Positions 27,854 to 41,039 of a stretch of 64,000 nucleotides of DNA are shown piece after piece. The notes under the pieces were generated by a model. It was given only the letters and a program-made list of their open reading frames with translations, had not been told where the DNA came from and made no database searches. This DNA comes from Eledone cirrhosa. Its lineage: Eukaryota. The stretch spans positions 167,834,001 to 167,898,000 of the forward strand of contig OZ024740.1 in the NCBI GenBank assembly GCA_964016885.1, in the 5' to 3' direction. Every line of letters starts with the position of its first letter. Within the stretch, counting starts at the first letter, position 1. A program made the translations under genes and the position numbers.

Positions 27854-28169
27854 GAGGGAGAGAGAGGGAGAGAGAGAGAGAGAAAGAAAGAGAGAGAGAG
27901 AGAGAGAGACAGATCTAAAAAAGAACGGAATGGTAGGACTTAATAATCTAATTTTTCTTTATATAACATTTGATTATTAAAATATACCAACCAGTGAAGA
28001 CATTTTTCTCTATTTTCATATATTTATATAAATTAAGGGGAGAGAAGAGATAACAGGTTTGTCAGATCATTAATGATAAATTTAGGAATATTGATAGAGA
28101 GGACAAGACAACGAACAAGGCAAAAAGGGGAACCTTGAAATATTGTCTTTTAGAAAAATAAAAACGGCC

Positions 28170-28610
28170 AATGACCCTGGAGAGAAGTACAGGGTCATTG
28201 GCCGCTGAGGTGGACTTTGACTCTCATCGACTTTTTCAAGTTTTACTTGGAAAGGAAGTTGAGGGTGGAGAGAGCAGTACTGCCCCAATACATTTTCTAA
28301 AAAGGGGTGAACGTGGCGAGAATGGCCCGTATGAATGGACCTACTCAGAGCATGCGCCTTTAGGCTGGTTAATTTGAGGGCAGAGGGGTTGCACATCCTG
28401 GGTGCTCTCGAACGGGAGTTCAGAATTGCTGGGGTACCTGAGTCGATCCTGGGTGGTTATACCCCCTATTGGGGAACTTCTGTTGTTTGTAATTTTCTTG
28501 TTTATTTTTTTTTTTTATATTTTTTACTCGATTTTTGTGTAAAACTGTCCCCGTCTATTGTATTGTCCCCTGTATGTCGGCCCTTGTGGCCAATAAATGA
28601 AATCATTATT
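28170..28610 (+). mobile_element. Tx1-like family B 3' fragment
   Basis: Similar to 30400-30802. Ends GTCGGCCCTTGTGGCCAATAAATGAAATCATTATT. Confidence 0.8.
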
Positions 28611-28654
28611 GTATTATTAGTATTATTAATGTTATTATTATTAATAGTAGTAGT

Positions 28655-30802
28655 GCAACTGGCAGCAGAACGGGAGCATTCCCAGTTCTGTGAGCCGGGG
28701 CGTAGTGACGCTGATAAGGAAAGACTAGAACAAGAGGGACACATTAGACAATTTCAGACCCATAACTCTGCTCAACACGGTTAGCGCTTGTCGTCTGGGA
28801 TCTGGTTGAGGAGGCGCAAACTTGCGCAATCCCAACCAGGTCCATACACGACAACCTCCACCTAATGCGATACATCATAGAGAGGGTAGGGTGTAAACCT
28901 GGCTTCGGTGGGGCTCTGATCAATTTAGATCAATCGAAAGCATTCGATAGGGTCGACCATCGGTACCTGGAGGCTGTCCTCAAGGCGGCTGGCTTCGGCC
29001 GCGTTTTCAGAAGCTGGATCGCTGCAATGCACAGCGGCACCTGCTCGATGCTCAAAATTAATGGCCACCTTTCAGAACCGTTTCAGGTCTCCCGATCGGT
29101 CCGTCAAGGGTGCCCTCTCTTCTCCCTTCTGTACATATTGACTCTCGAGCCTTTACTGCGGAAGCTGGAGCTGTTGCAGAGCATCCCGCTCGAACCGGGA
29201 CGCGGAAAGGCTGTGTCGGCTTATGCGGACGACATCACCGTGATGCTGTCGGACACCCCAGATATCGAGGTGGTCGGCAACTCATTGGAGGAATAAGAAA
29301 GGTTGACGGGAGCAAAACTTAACCCGGAAAAGTCGGTGGGCTTGCAACTCGGCACCTGGAGAGGCAAGTCCATGCCGTCCAACAGTGTCGTTAGGCGTTC
29401 GACGGACGGACCGATAAAGTTGCTAGGGGTTTGGTTCGGGCCAGACCTCCAGGTGGATAAGAATTGGGACGAGGTGACGGGCAGGATAGTCAGTCTCACC
29501 CAGAAATGGACTGGGAGGAAGCTATCACTGAAAGGTCGGGCGGAGGTAGCGAACGCGTACTTCGCGTCTGTCATCTACTACCGCCTGACTGTCGTCCCTT
29601 GCCCCCGTTCGCGCCTCGCCATCTTGGAGCGGATCCTCTTCAAATTCTTGTGGAGGGGTTAGGTTCCGCTGGTGAGGCAGTCCATCTGATGCCAGCACCC
29701 TCTACGTGGAGAGCTGGGCATGCCATGGCTAATGATGCGCAGACACGCGCTGAGGCTGCGGCATCTCCAGATATTCTGCCTAAACGGTGTGGTCGCCGTT
29801 TGTCAGACGGGCCTTTCCGCAGCTCATCTCTTTGACCGAGCTGCAGTCTTGGGTCAAGAAGAGACCGAAACTGGCATCTGGAATGTTGCCAGGCACTCAC
29901 TGCCCTCTACCAGCTCTACGATTTCTATTGAGGATTAGTGGTGGGCAAGTGCGACGACGCACTCGGAGAGGCTCTGGGAGTCGACGAAGTCGAACTAACC
30001 AGTCTGTTCCGGAGGACTTTTGAGCCGTGGACGATGGATAATTTCCAAAAATCCTTCGCTTGGCAGTGCTACCGGGGGACACTGCCGGTTCGAGATAAAC
30101 TCTACAGCCACGGAAGTGCTGTCAGACGGACCTGCACAAGATGCTCGCTGAGCGACGAAACCGTTCTGCACGCACTCATCCAGTGTCCGTGCATTACTGA
30201 CTTGTATAGTTATGTCGAACAGCTGTTGTCGCTTGTAGAACGGATCCGGCTATCGGCCGAGTCCATAGTGAAGATCGTCCCACCGCCTTCTTTTGGCCAG
30301 GAAGGGCAGGCAATTTTCCTCTGTCTGGTGGCAGTAGCGAAAGAGATTGTATGGTGGACGAGGTTGAAAGGACTGAAGACAGACACTTTTCTCTTCGGCC
30401 AATCCCTCATCAACTTTTTCAAGTTTCACTTGGAAAGGAAGGTGTGGGTGGAGAGAGAGTGCCGCCCCCCAGTACATTTGCTGAAAGGTGGGTGAATGTG
30501 GCGAGAATGGCCCGCGTGAGTGGGCCTACTCTGGTCATGCGCTTGTAGGTGGGTAAATTTGAGGAGGAGAGGGGTGCCCTTTCAGGGTGCTCTCGAAGCG
30601 TCGGGTCGTTCAGAATTGGTGGGGTACCTGAGCGAACCCTGGGTGGTTCCCCCTATTGGGGAATTTTTCTTGTTGTACTTTTCTTGTTACTTTGTTATTG
30701 TTATTCATATTATTTACTCGATTTTTCTGTAAAACTCCACTGTCCCAGTCTTTTGTATTGTCCCCTATATGTCGGCCCTTGAGGCCAATAAATGAAATCA
30801 TT
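28655..30802 (+). mobile_element. 5'-truncated Tx1-like LINE (family B), RT to 3' UTR, disrupted
   Basis: LDQSKAFDRV, SVRQGCPL, YADD, LSLKGRAEVAN and CTRC..ETVLHALIQC, collinear with 18210-20400. Ends GGCCAATAAATGAAATCATT. Confidence 0.92.
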
Positions 30803-30984
30803 GTGGATTGGTAGTATCGGTAGAGGGTCGGATGCCATGCTTTGACGCATAGAGTTACGGACCTTGCCATTCTGAGTTCAAATCCCGCCGAGGTTAACTT
30901 TGCCTTTTATCCTTATGGGGTCGATAAAATAAAGTACCAGTAATACACTGGGTAATTCCTGGCCTTGTGCCAGAAGTAGAAACA
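30803..30984 (+). mobile_element. SINE fused directly to the LINE 3' end
   Basis: GTGGATTGGTAGTATCGGTAGAG... begins immediately after the LINE's GAAATCATT. Confidence 0.9.
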
Positions 30985-31210
30985 ATTATTAATAGTAGTA
31001 GTAGTAGTGGTGGTGGTGGTAGTAGTACGTAAATAAGTAAGCACCAAACTGTGTGTTTCTAAAATTGTACGATTGCATGATTGAAGTGTGGCTACAAGAG
31101 CGTGTCAGCATATTTTTAGTTATATGTAAAAGAAAACATCATTATATGAACAGATGATATTAAACTCGTTTATGGCTTTTGTTTATGTACATGCGTGTGT
31201 ATGCATATGT

Positions 31211-31311
<101 letters not shown>

Positions 31312-31914
31312 GGTTCTATATGAGGTGTACTTCCGACGGTGGCAGACCTTATGTGCACAATATAAACTCAACATATTAAATAACCTCTCACCATACACAG
31401 ACAAATTATATAGCAGATGACATCATTAAAATCCCTTCATTGTGAATACGAATAACATGCTTTCGCTTCTTTACTATGTTTATCTGATTTATTATCCATT
31501 CACCCAACACATCTACAATGCGAAAGAGTCGTAAATATATTGAGAGTTTCTTTGTTAGGTTGATCAAGAAAAATATGGAAAATTTATATTGGGCGTGTTA
31601 AGCCATCAAATGTGTCTCATAAAATGTAAGTATATGCATACAGGCTCACATATATATGCATCTGTGTGTATATATAAGACTGGAGGTATTTAATATAAAC
31701 CCCCCAAGTATCGTACGTCAGTGCATATATATATATAAATATATATATATATATTCAATCCAGGACCTTTTCACTCTTACCGGAGGAACCCCTCCTTAAT
31801 TGACCACCACCATTTTTTGTTCTTGTTTTGTTTTGTTTTATTTTGGTCATATCTGGGGTGTAGCCATACTCACTACTCTTGGCTAATTGCGGGTTGGTGA
31901 GACTAATTAACTCA

Positions 31915-32066
31915 TAGCTGGGTAAACTCAATTCGTCAGCTGAGGGAACCTTTGCAACGTGAAATAAAGTGTTTTGCTTAAGAACACAATGCAAAAGCTG
32001 GTCCGAGAATTGAACTCACAACCTCAGGATTGTAAGTCCGACGCTCTAACCACTAAGTACTGCGCT
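31915..32066 (-). mobile_element. Second tRNA-derived SINE family, diverged
   Basis: Minus strand has TAGTGGTTAGAGCGTCGGACT...GAGTTCAATTCTCGGAC...GTGTTCTTAAGCAAAACACTTTATTTCAC. Related copy at 35160-35302. Confidence 0.7.
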
Positions 32067-33277
32067 ATGAGGTAAATTATATAAGTTAATAATACAGCAA
32101 TAAGGCATTCAGATATTTAAAGCTCAGATGTCGTCTTTTCAATATGCAAATTAGCGAAAGGTAGTGCAGAGGTAAATCCAGTTAGTATACTTCCGGTCAT
32201 CGTAGATATATAACCACAGAACATATATAAACTCAAGAAATAGATCATCGAGTTCCAACAATTAATGCATTATTTATTTAATTTACATGTTTCATTCTCC
32301 AGAACAATTTCCCTAGGTGTGAGTTTTTGATTATCATACATGGAGTATCTTTAAAGGAGTTCCTTCACAACTCTCATGATTTTATCTGTCTCGTGTAGGT
32401 AGGCTCACTAGATGGGCTCCTACGATGGAGCTTCGTAGATGATGCGACACTCAAATGCTATCTGGACTGATGTTAGGCTTCTGCTTCATGCTTACGTTTC
32501 AAGTAGAGGGGATCTATGCCACCGTTTATGTGGACGTTTCTGGTGTTGTTTAGGATTTTTCGGGTTTTAACATCGCTCAAATTTCCACTATCATCCAATC
32601 CAGTATTCCAAACATTGATGTTAGGTCAGGCACAGCAAACACATTGTTTTATTTCAGATGATCATATTTTTCTTCATCGAGTGTAATATGCCCTGGTTAC
32701 ACATTCCTTGTTACAGATAACATCATTGGATATATTTTTCATCTATCCCTAGGTATCTGTAGCAGTCCTTGTCAGATATCAGTGAAACAGTTATGCATGC
32801 GTGGATGGATGGAGGGATGTAGTTGGGTAGATAGATAGGGAGATATATTTTGCCAATAGATTTCGGCGAAAGGTGCAAACTTCAGCGAGTAACCGGAGAA
32901 CTGGCGTTCTTCACTAAATTTCTTTGCGTTATATATTCTACATCGAATTGCTGAGAGTCTCTTAACACTCTTATCGTTAGAAATGCAGCGCAGAAATTAT
33001 TGTTGCATTGAGAACATGTAACCGACGATGCTCTTCCTCGCCAATAAAGATATCAAATAATACATAGATACGTGTATGCGAGAGTGTGTATGTCTATGTA
33101 TGTGTGTGAATGTGTGCGCGCGTATGCATGTCTTGTAGTGCATTGGGTGTATCTATTCATGTACTTGTTTGTATTTGCTTATAACGCATGCCGGTGTATC
33201 AAACAAACTGTCGTTTAATATATGGGGCGCATTTGCTTGCTTAATTGTGTATTATTTGTTTCTGTGTATATGTGTGA

Positions 33278-33315
<38 letters not shown>

Positions 33316-33654
33316 GATATAAATATTCCAGTAGGTACTAAGTACCCACGGAAATATACATGGTGTCTATAACAGTTGTTGTTCAATTGTGTTAATTTGA
33401 CATACTAGAACTATAAAAATGAGCGGAACAAGCAAACTTATATCATTTATATGTATTCTCCTTCTATGTAGAGAAAAAAATGTTGTATCGTGCTGCTATT
33501 TTTAGTAACATGAAATTTCAACATGTCTATAATTCCCGCTTTTTTTTTGTGGCCTATTTATGTGTGGGTCACTTTAACGGCCTGACCTCATGCATCAGGC
33601 AGAAAGCGATATATTCACTAACTACAATGCTTTGTGCCCTTTGGTATGGAAATA

Positions 33655-33734
33655 GCTGTCTGAAGAGCTGATTCTTTCCATTGGAAATTCTGTGAATTTC
33701 CAATGTTTTGGTAAGAGAAACCGTCGGTCACAGC
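33655..33734 (+). ncRNA. Type I hammerhead motif with extended helix II
   Basis: GCTGT-CTGAAGA-...CATTGGAAATTC tgt GAATTTCCAATG...-GAAA-CCGTCGG-TC-ACAGC, followed by CAG|GTGAAT. It lies in the island 33311-33810 between (TA)n tracts. Confidence 0.72.
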
Positions 33735-33832
33735 ACTAAAACAGGTGAATATTTAAATCGTATTTTAATTTATTTAAAAGATTTTTTAATGTTTGGTTGT
33801 TCCAGTCATTTATATATATATATATATATATA

Positions 33833-34018
<186 letters not shown>

Positions 34019-34123
34019 CAGAGAGAGAGAGAGAGATATGTATTTTTCTGCTTATAAGTATGCCGGTGATGTTATATACGTATTTGCGTTTGACTGCGTA
34101 TTGGCAAGTTTATGTCCATATGG

Positions 34124-34278
<155 letters not shown>

Positions 34279-34919
34279 CTTATATATGTACACATGCAAA
34301 CATACAAACATACACGCATACATGCATACATACACACATACATACACACTTATAAACATACAAATATTCACACACACATATGTGTATATATACGTACATA
34401 CATATATACTAAGTGCTTATTTCGGGCTGTATGGTGTGAGTGTATACAAATCGTGTTATATGTATGCATGTATGTATTTGTGCGCGTATGTTTGTGCGTG
34501 TTTAAAATGAAAATATATCTGAGCAGACAATAATAAAAGTCTGTGCCAAAACAGCTGTTATGTCCCTAATTAGGGTCCACTAAAGAAACCTGTGATCATA
34601 CACATATACACACACACAGCCTGGTTCAGGCAGAATTTCCAGTCATGTATCACGTTTATACGGATAGATTTCCTCTCCTGCTGTTTGGTTAGTCAACATC
34701 TTGTTTTAAACATTGCACATGTCAATTATAGATCAATAAATAGAGTCTGAACTACGTGACTAACTGGCGGACTGGCAAGCAGACATGTAGACAGACTGAC
34801 AGAAAAGACAGTCAAACAGGCAGACAGTCCGGCAGACAGACTCATTGAAACAAAATCAAAAAATCAGATAAGCATATTTAAATAGAGAAACAGAGAACGT
34901 GATGCACACACGCACACAC

Positions 34920-34975
<56 letters not shown>

Positions 34976-35159
34976 AAAAGGTTCAGGACCCCGACGTCAG
35001 AGCTCAAGCCGTTTCGACGGCTATTTCTGGACTCATATATATATATATATATATATATGCAAAAAGTAAACATAATTAAAAAAGCAAACGGCACAGTACA
35101 ATGTAGAAATATAATAGTTTAATATATAGTAAAGGCCGATACAGATTTGCACCAGTGAC

Positions 35160-35302
35160 ATCGTAACTTATTTCTACAGCTGAGTAAACTGGAGCAACAT
35201 GAAATAAAGTGTCTTGCTCAAGAACACAACCTCCAGTCCGAGAATCGAACTCACAACTTCACTGTTGTAAGCCCGACGCTCTACAACGAAGCTATACCAG
35301 GC
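35160..35302 (-). mobile_element. Second SINE family copy
   Basis: Minus strand has AGAGCGTCGGGCTTAC...GAGTTCGATTCTCGGAC...GTGTTCTTGAGCAAGACACTTTATTTCA. Confidence 0.7.
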
Positions 35303-35489
35303 ACATACGTTTGGTTAGCCCTGAGGACCAGCTTACTCAATCTGTGTTGGTTAAGATGAACCGGAAAATGTTTACTCAAATAGAAAAATACAGAACAATA
35401 GTGAAACAGAGAAGAGCCCCCAAACCAAGGGGAGATAATCTGAGTGGTATATGGGAGAAAATTTGACCGAAAAAACGCAAACACACTTT

Positions 35490-36480
35490 AAATTAGCTAT
35501 GATGAGAGGGATATAAAATATCGATAGATAAAGAAAGACATAAATCAATATTAAGGAAGCCAGTTCTTTGAAAGGTAGTTAAAAACATGAGAACATCGCA
35601 GGAAGAACTCGATATGTACGTTAGGTGATTTGTTATTGTCGTGGGGATTATTCCATATCCACCATTCCTCATCATTGCATAATCTGCAGGCCTTGATACC
35701 ATTCATAAATGTTCGAGATTTTTCTATTTTCTTGTCTTTGAGTTGCAATATTTTATTTGCAAAATTTTTTTTTTGGGGGGGGGGGGGGCATCTTCTTTAT
35801 TTGGGTACCTGAATGTCGTTTCGGCATACCGACGTATTTTCAGGATTCCTTTTGGTGGTGTTGATTCAATGGAGAGACCACAGCTTCGTATATTATCAGG
35901 GGGCATGATTCAGGGGATTTACAAGAACATCTACATACTTTGGGGTTCTATTGTTTATGCAGGAGGCGTGATTCCATGTTTCGGGCAAGAGGATATTCAA
36001 TTTTGACCTCATGGCGGTGAAAGATCTTTGTGGCATTTGTGTCCTTGGGGAAAGTGTGTATCTATGTCTTTCCGACATTAGTTTTGACATTGAACGAGAA
36101 CGGAGGAGAGAACAGAAATAGAATTTTGCTTCATCTGTTGTTTTCCTATTAGTATTTGGGGAGTGGCCTGAAGTGTAGGAAATGTTCAATATATATATAG
36201 TTATAGAAATGTTGTGGGGGTATTTGAATGAAGAATTCATTTGCATGCTTTTGTTTTTACTCTCGTTTTGTTTCAAGTGAATAAAAATATTTGAACTACC
36301 ATTTATGTTGCTTAGCCTCGTAGGATGCACATATCTCCTCATGACACATACCTATTAATTTGTTGGTTCAAGCTCTTAAAAGTTAAGTCAAATTGCAAGA
36401 TAATTGAGATGTTAATTGCTATCCTCTGAGTCTCAACATGCCTTTGCAATATAACTCTCAGTGGATACTACAGAAGAGCA
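35490..36480 (-). pseudogene. Highly degraded Penelope-like (Nematis-like) endonuclease-end fragment
   Basis: Remnants YSC, KYVG..ETTFR and GIKACRLCNDEEWWI parallel the YIG and CRLCSQE motifs of the element at 47400-47800. Confidence 0.55.
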
Positions 36481-36716
36481 CAGATTGCTAGGATTCTCAA
36501 CATCAGCACAGTAAACTTGCTAAGTTTTTCCTGAACATTTAGTTATGTATTTCATGATTTCAGTAAACGTAGTGTTCAACAGAACATATACGCAATATGA
36601 AAACGTGGGCTTCGCAGCGGTGCATATACAGCCCTGTGCCTCATGTGTATGTAGCGTACACAGGGAGTGGCTTCGTTGTGCTGACGTTACGTATGTAAAA
36701 CAAAGCAATTTCAGTA

Positions 36717-36903
36717 ATAATTGTTTCTACTTTTGGCCAAGGCCATCAATTATCCCAGTGTATTACTGGTACTTTATTTTAGCGACCCTGTAAGGATGAA
36801 AGGCAAAGTTAACCTCAGCGGGATTCGAACTCAGAATGTCAAGGGCCGTAACTCTATGCGTCAAAGCATAGCGTCGGACCCGCTACCGATACTGCCAATC
36901 CAC
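36717..36903 (-). mobile_element. tRNA-derived SINE
   Basis: Reverse complement of the full family sequence. Confidence 0.9.
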
Positions 36904-37321
36904 TACGACAATTTAAGGGTTTTTGAAACGCATTAAGAAATTATGGTTCTAATAAATGTGAAAATTTACTTCCAGAGAAGTATAACAATTTGTGATAGAA
37001 CTTCAATCAGGGAATGAGTAATTTATGAATTCAAACAAGACACATGAGTGTGTTTATGTGTGAGACAGAGAGATAATTTGTGTTTAAGAGTGTGTTGATG
37101 TGTATGCGTGTGTACGTGTGTCTGTATATCTGTGTATCTGTGTGTGTGTGCGTGTGTGCACGCGCGCGCGCGCGCGTGCGTGTGTGAAGAGTAGAATTCG
37201 AATATTCTTATGGTGTTTCGTTTTCATCTTTATAGAAATGTTTTGATAAATAGGTTTATACCCATGAGTCAAACATCCAGCTCTCTAATCTAATATATTT
37301 ACACTTACACACAGAAGACAA

Positions 37322-37700
37322 AAATACTGGTCTTTATCTCTAACCCTTCCACAATATTCACAACACAGATAGAAAACGTGACAAAGAAAGCAAAACGACA
37401 GGCAGAAATATTGTGAGCACTCGCAGGTACAATATTTAGCCATCATAAAGTAACATCAATGTCGTACAAACAATACAACAGGCCCAACATTGGCTACTTC
37501 CTCCCTATCTTCAGAACAAACCAGTATAGACTAAAGAGAAAGCAAAACCTTGGTAACATATTGGACACAGACATCATCCTCAAACTATCGACACAATAAA
37601 CAAAAATGAATGAACACATTGAGAGGCAAGGATCACAATTTGTTAACGCAGAAACTCTGTAGCCCTGCGGTATGTATCATTACATGTATAACCATCCTAG
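37322..37700 (+). pseudogene. Degraded LINE fragment (post-RT thumb region, I/Jockey-group-like)
   Basis: Hand translation from 37322: KILVFISNPSTIFTTQIENVTKKAKRQAEIL*ALAGTIFSHHKVTSMSYKQYNRPNIGYFLP. This fits the K.LG..FD..L.F...KA....L..LAG..WG....YK...RP...Y pattern. Confidence 0.55.
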
Positions 37701-38498
37701 CACGATACTACTTAGCATTCTAAAAAAACGAACAGAGAGAACGCGTGGACACACACTCACACAGAGGCTCTTTCGTATTTTATTTGTTACATCATTCATA
37801 GTGTCACTGGTCTCTTACACTATACTGGGATGCACACACTGTGTTGGGCTTTTCACGAACCCACCCCCACCTCCCCACTCGCCACTGCAGTCGCCACCAC
37901 CGGAATCTAAGAACATACTAAAAATGTGGGTAATGAAGAACGATTGCAATATGTCCAGGCTGTTGTACTGAACCACACAAGATTCATCACAGTATGACGG
38001 ATTATGTATTATAGTTCTCAAGTTGGAAGGTGGTAATTATACTGTGGAGCGTGGCTCTTCATTTGACTGATTATCTGTTTACCGATTTGTGTTAACCTGG
38101 GGCTAAACAATAACAAGATCAACTTAAAATACGAGTTCCATCTGTCTAATTCGTTATATTATTACTCGAAAAGAACAAGCCCTTTTATCCATATCCCTAG
38201 TAAAGACACCTACAAATCAACTACACAGTTATACCATAAATGCAAAAAGCTATGCTGTGAGACATATCTTTGATTTACCAACATCTAATACAAAGATCTG
38301 CAGCGTTTCCTACTCCTAAATCAATACGTAAACACAATGTCTTAAGTTGGGTTCCTATTGAACTTACATAACCTAAATAATGTGATACATTAGGAGAATT
38401 TAGAGACGCAAAGTGAAGTACCTAGCGTCTCTGAAAATTGCTCTTCATTTGAGAGTAAGAAATATGGTATTGTCATTAAAGCTGCGGACGGCTACATG

Positions 38499-38540
38499 AG
38501 ATATAACACTTTGATCTTAGTCAAAAGGCCGAGGAGCGAT
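38499..38540 (-). pseudogene. U2: U2 snRNA 5'-end fragment (about 42 nt)
   Basis: Minus strand ATCGCTCCTCGGCCTTTTGACTAAGATCAAAGTGTTATATCT matches U2 ATCGCTTCTCGGCCTTTTGGCTAAGATCAAAGTGTAGTATCT. The rest of U2 is absent. Confidence 0.88.
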
Positions 38541-40238
38541 CCAAAAGATACAAGAGATATTATATGTTAGAAAATCCAGTGTAATACCATTGCCTGAGAT
38601 ACAGGAGATATATATTCCCAGTGAAATACTATTCTCCCTGTGTTATTAATGACAGGTTCTTATTTAAATCACATATCATTGGGAGATTCAACCCTAGTAC
38701 ATTGCTTACTTGTTTTTATTGAACCGTGAGTCGGTTATTGAAGAATGAATGAAAAGCTCAATCTCGGTGAGATTAATCCTAAGAAAATAGTAGAATTATG
38801 AAATTCGCATGCTGTTGAGCAATAGAGATTTTAGTTACTATTTCTAGCCGATCAAAATACCACGTAGAGGCTCACTTGCTGCTTCGTTTTCATAGAATAG
38901 TGAGGCAGAGTAAAACAGTAACTATTGCTTTTCTTTTAATACAAGGTGGGAGTTTTGAAAAGAAAGAAAAAATATTTTATAATAAAAAAATAAAAGAATA
39001 ATGAATAAATATTGGGAAACAGAAGACTCTGTAAATACACAACTTATAAAATAGGGAATTCAATACTCTGCTATGGTGGTGGTAGAATGTAGCGGGAGTT
39101 GATGACATAGAGGAGAAAAAAAATCTGTGAAAATAAACAGTACTATGACAATAACGATATGATGAACGAAAAAATGGAATGAATCTTCTGAGGAGTCGGT
39201 GAAGAAATATGGCGGCACCATGCTATGAAAGTGATACGCAAGTGTAATTGGTTCATATCTAGTAGTATCAGGATCATATATTTGCAAACCTGCGTGTACG
39301 CGTATAAATGTATCTGCGTGTATATCAGTGCGTATGTGTTTTAGTATGAGAGGTGTCTTCGTGTGTACGTGTGTTGTGTGCGTTGTAGCTATTTGATATC
39401 ATTGAATACGCAAGGGTTGGGGGAGTAAATATAATATAGTTCATATTATATTACTATTTGTATGTGGTTTATAAACTGCAAGATACCAAGCTATTTATGG
39501 ATTATGGTTAATCGATTACTATGCCATATCTTACTTATAACCGGTCTTAAACGATTATAACATAGATAGCTCATTTTGTATATTTATTATGGAGACGTGT
39601 TGTTCAAAATCTCGCTTCACGACAACGTAGCACTGTTAGATCCCACTGTGCTGCACCATCGGCAATTTTCTCCTACTATAGTCCCTGGTTTACAAATGCC
39701 TTGAGTGAAATTTTGACAAAATTTACGAAAACCAAAGGCTCAGCAAAAATGAGTCCGGGGGATCCTACTCCTTACCCAGAAAACAAGTCTCTCTCACGTC
39801 CTTTTTCGCTTCTCACCCTTCTTACATTCTCGACGCTATCGACGTTTGAACATTTGTATATGCTCTCTTCTTTATGTTGTTCAAGGTCTTTTTATTGTTC
39901 AACGAGATTATTACTATATTATATCCTTCTCATTTTCACTTCTGTGCACGCTCATGTCACATATTGTCGTTTTACATTTACATCAGACGACTACAATATA
40001 GTGCATCCTAGGCGGCATAGGACTGCACCATTCTCTAGTAGCTCAATTACTCCTGATACCTGTGAATGCAGTAATTATATAGAGAGATTTCAAAATCATG
40101 CTGATATCCAATCGATAGCGATTGATGATGGTTTCCACATTTAGCACCGTTTGTCCTTTGTTTTGCTACTCTTGTAGACTTTCTACCTTGTCTAATTTAT
40201 TCCATCACTGCAATTTTTCAACATATTTATATGTATAA

Positions 40239-40299
<61 letters not shown>

Positions 40300-40406
40300 A
40301 GGAACGGACAAGGGAGCGGGCGAAGGCTTCAAAAATATCATCTTTGCCCGTTCCTTTGCCGTATAGATTGGATTGCCTCGCGAACGTAACCTTATTTTGT
40401 AATGAA

Positions 40407-40481
40407 GCTGCCTGATGAGATCATGACACTGGTTACGTGAAATCGCGTGACCACTGTCGTCATTGAAATATGTATCACAGC
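40407..40481 (+). ncRNA. Type I hammerhead motif with long helix II (homolog of 55741-55814)
   Basis: GCTGc-CTGATGA-GAT c ATGACA c TGGTTACG...CGTGACCA c TGTCGT c ATT-GAAA-TATGTA-TC-aCAGC, in the island 40298-40530 between (TA)n tracts. Confidence 0.75.
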
Positions 40482-40539
40482 CTTATCAGTAAAGGACTTT
40501 AACATCTGTAACTACTTCTCAGTTTCTTATTATATATAT

Positions 40540-40630
<91 letters not shown>

Positions 40631-40650
40631 TATATATATATATATATATA

Positions 40651-40758
<108 letters not shown>

Positions 40759-40990
40759 TGTGTATGTGTGTGTGTGTTCATTGCCTTAAATTTATGTGTA
40801 TGTTAAATAAAACATAATTGTTCCACTTATGTAAATTAGCATTATGTGAAGTGTGTTGACATTATGTACAATTTTGTAATGTTAATTAGTAAGCAAATTA
40901 ATATGTAAGTTTTTTTTATTATTATACATATTATTAATTAAATGAAATGCGGCATTTTTCCTGCTGTTTTTCCTAGTCAATATATGTGGT

Positions 40991-41039
<49 letters not shown>

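Noticed and set aside
32380-32760. Possible RTE 3' coding relic on the minus strand
   Set aside because: Too degraded to translate convincingly.
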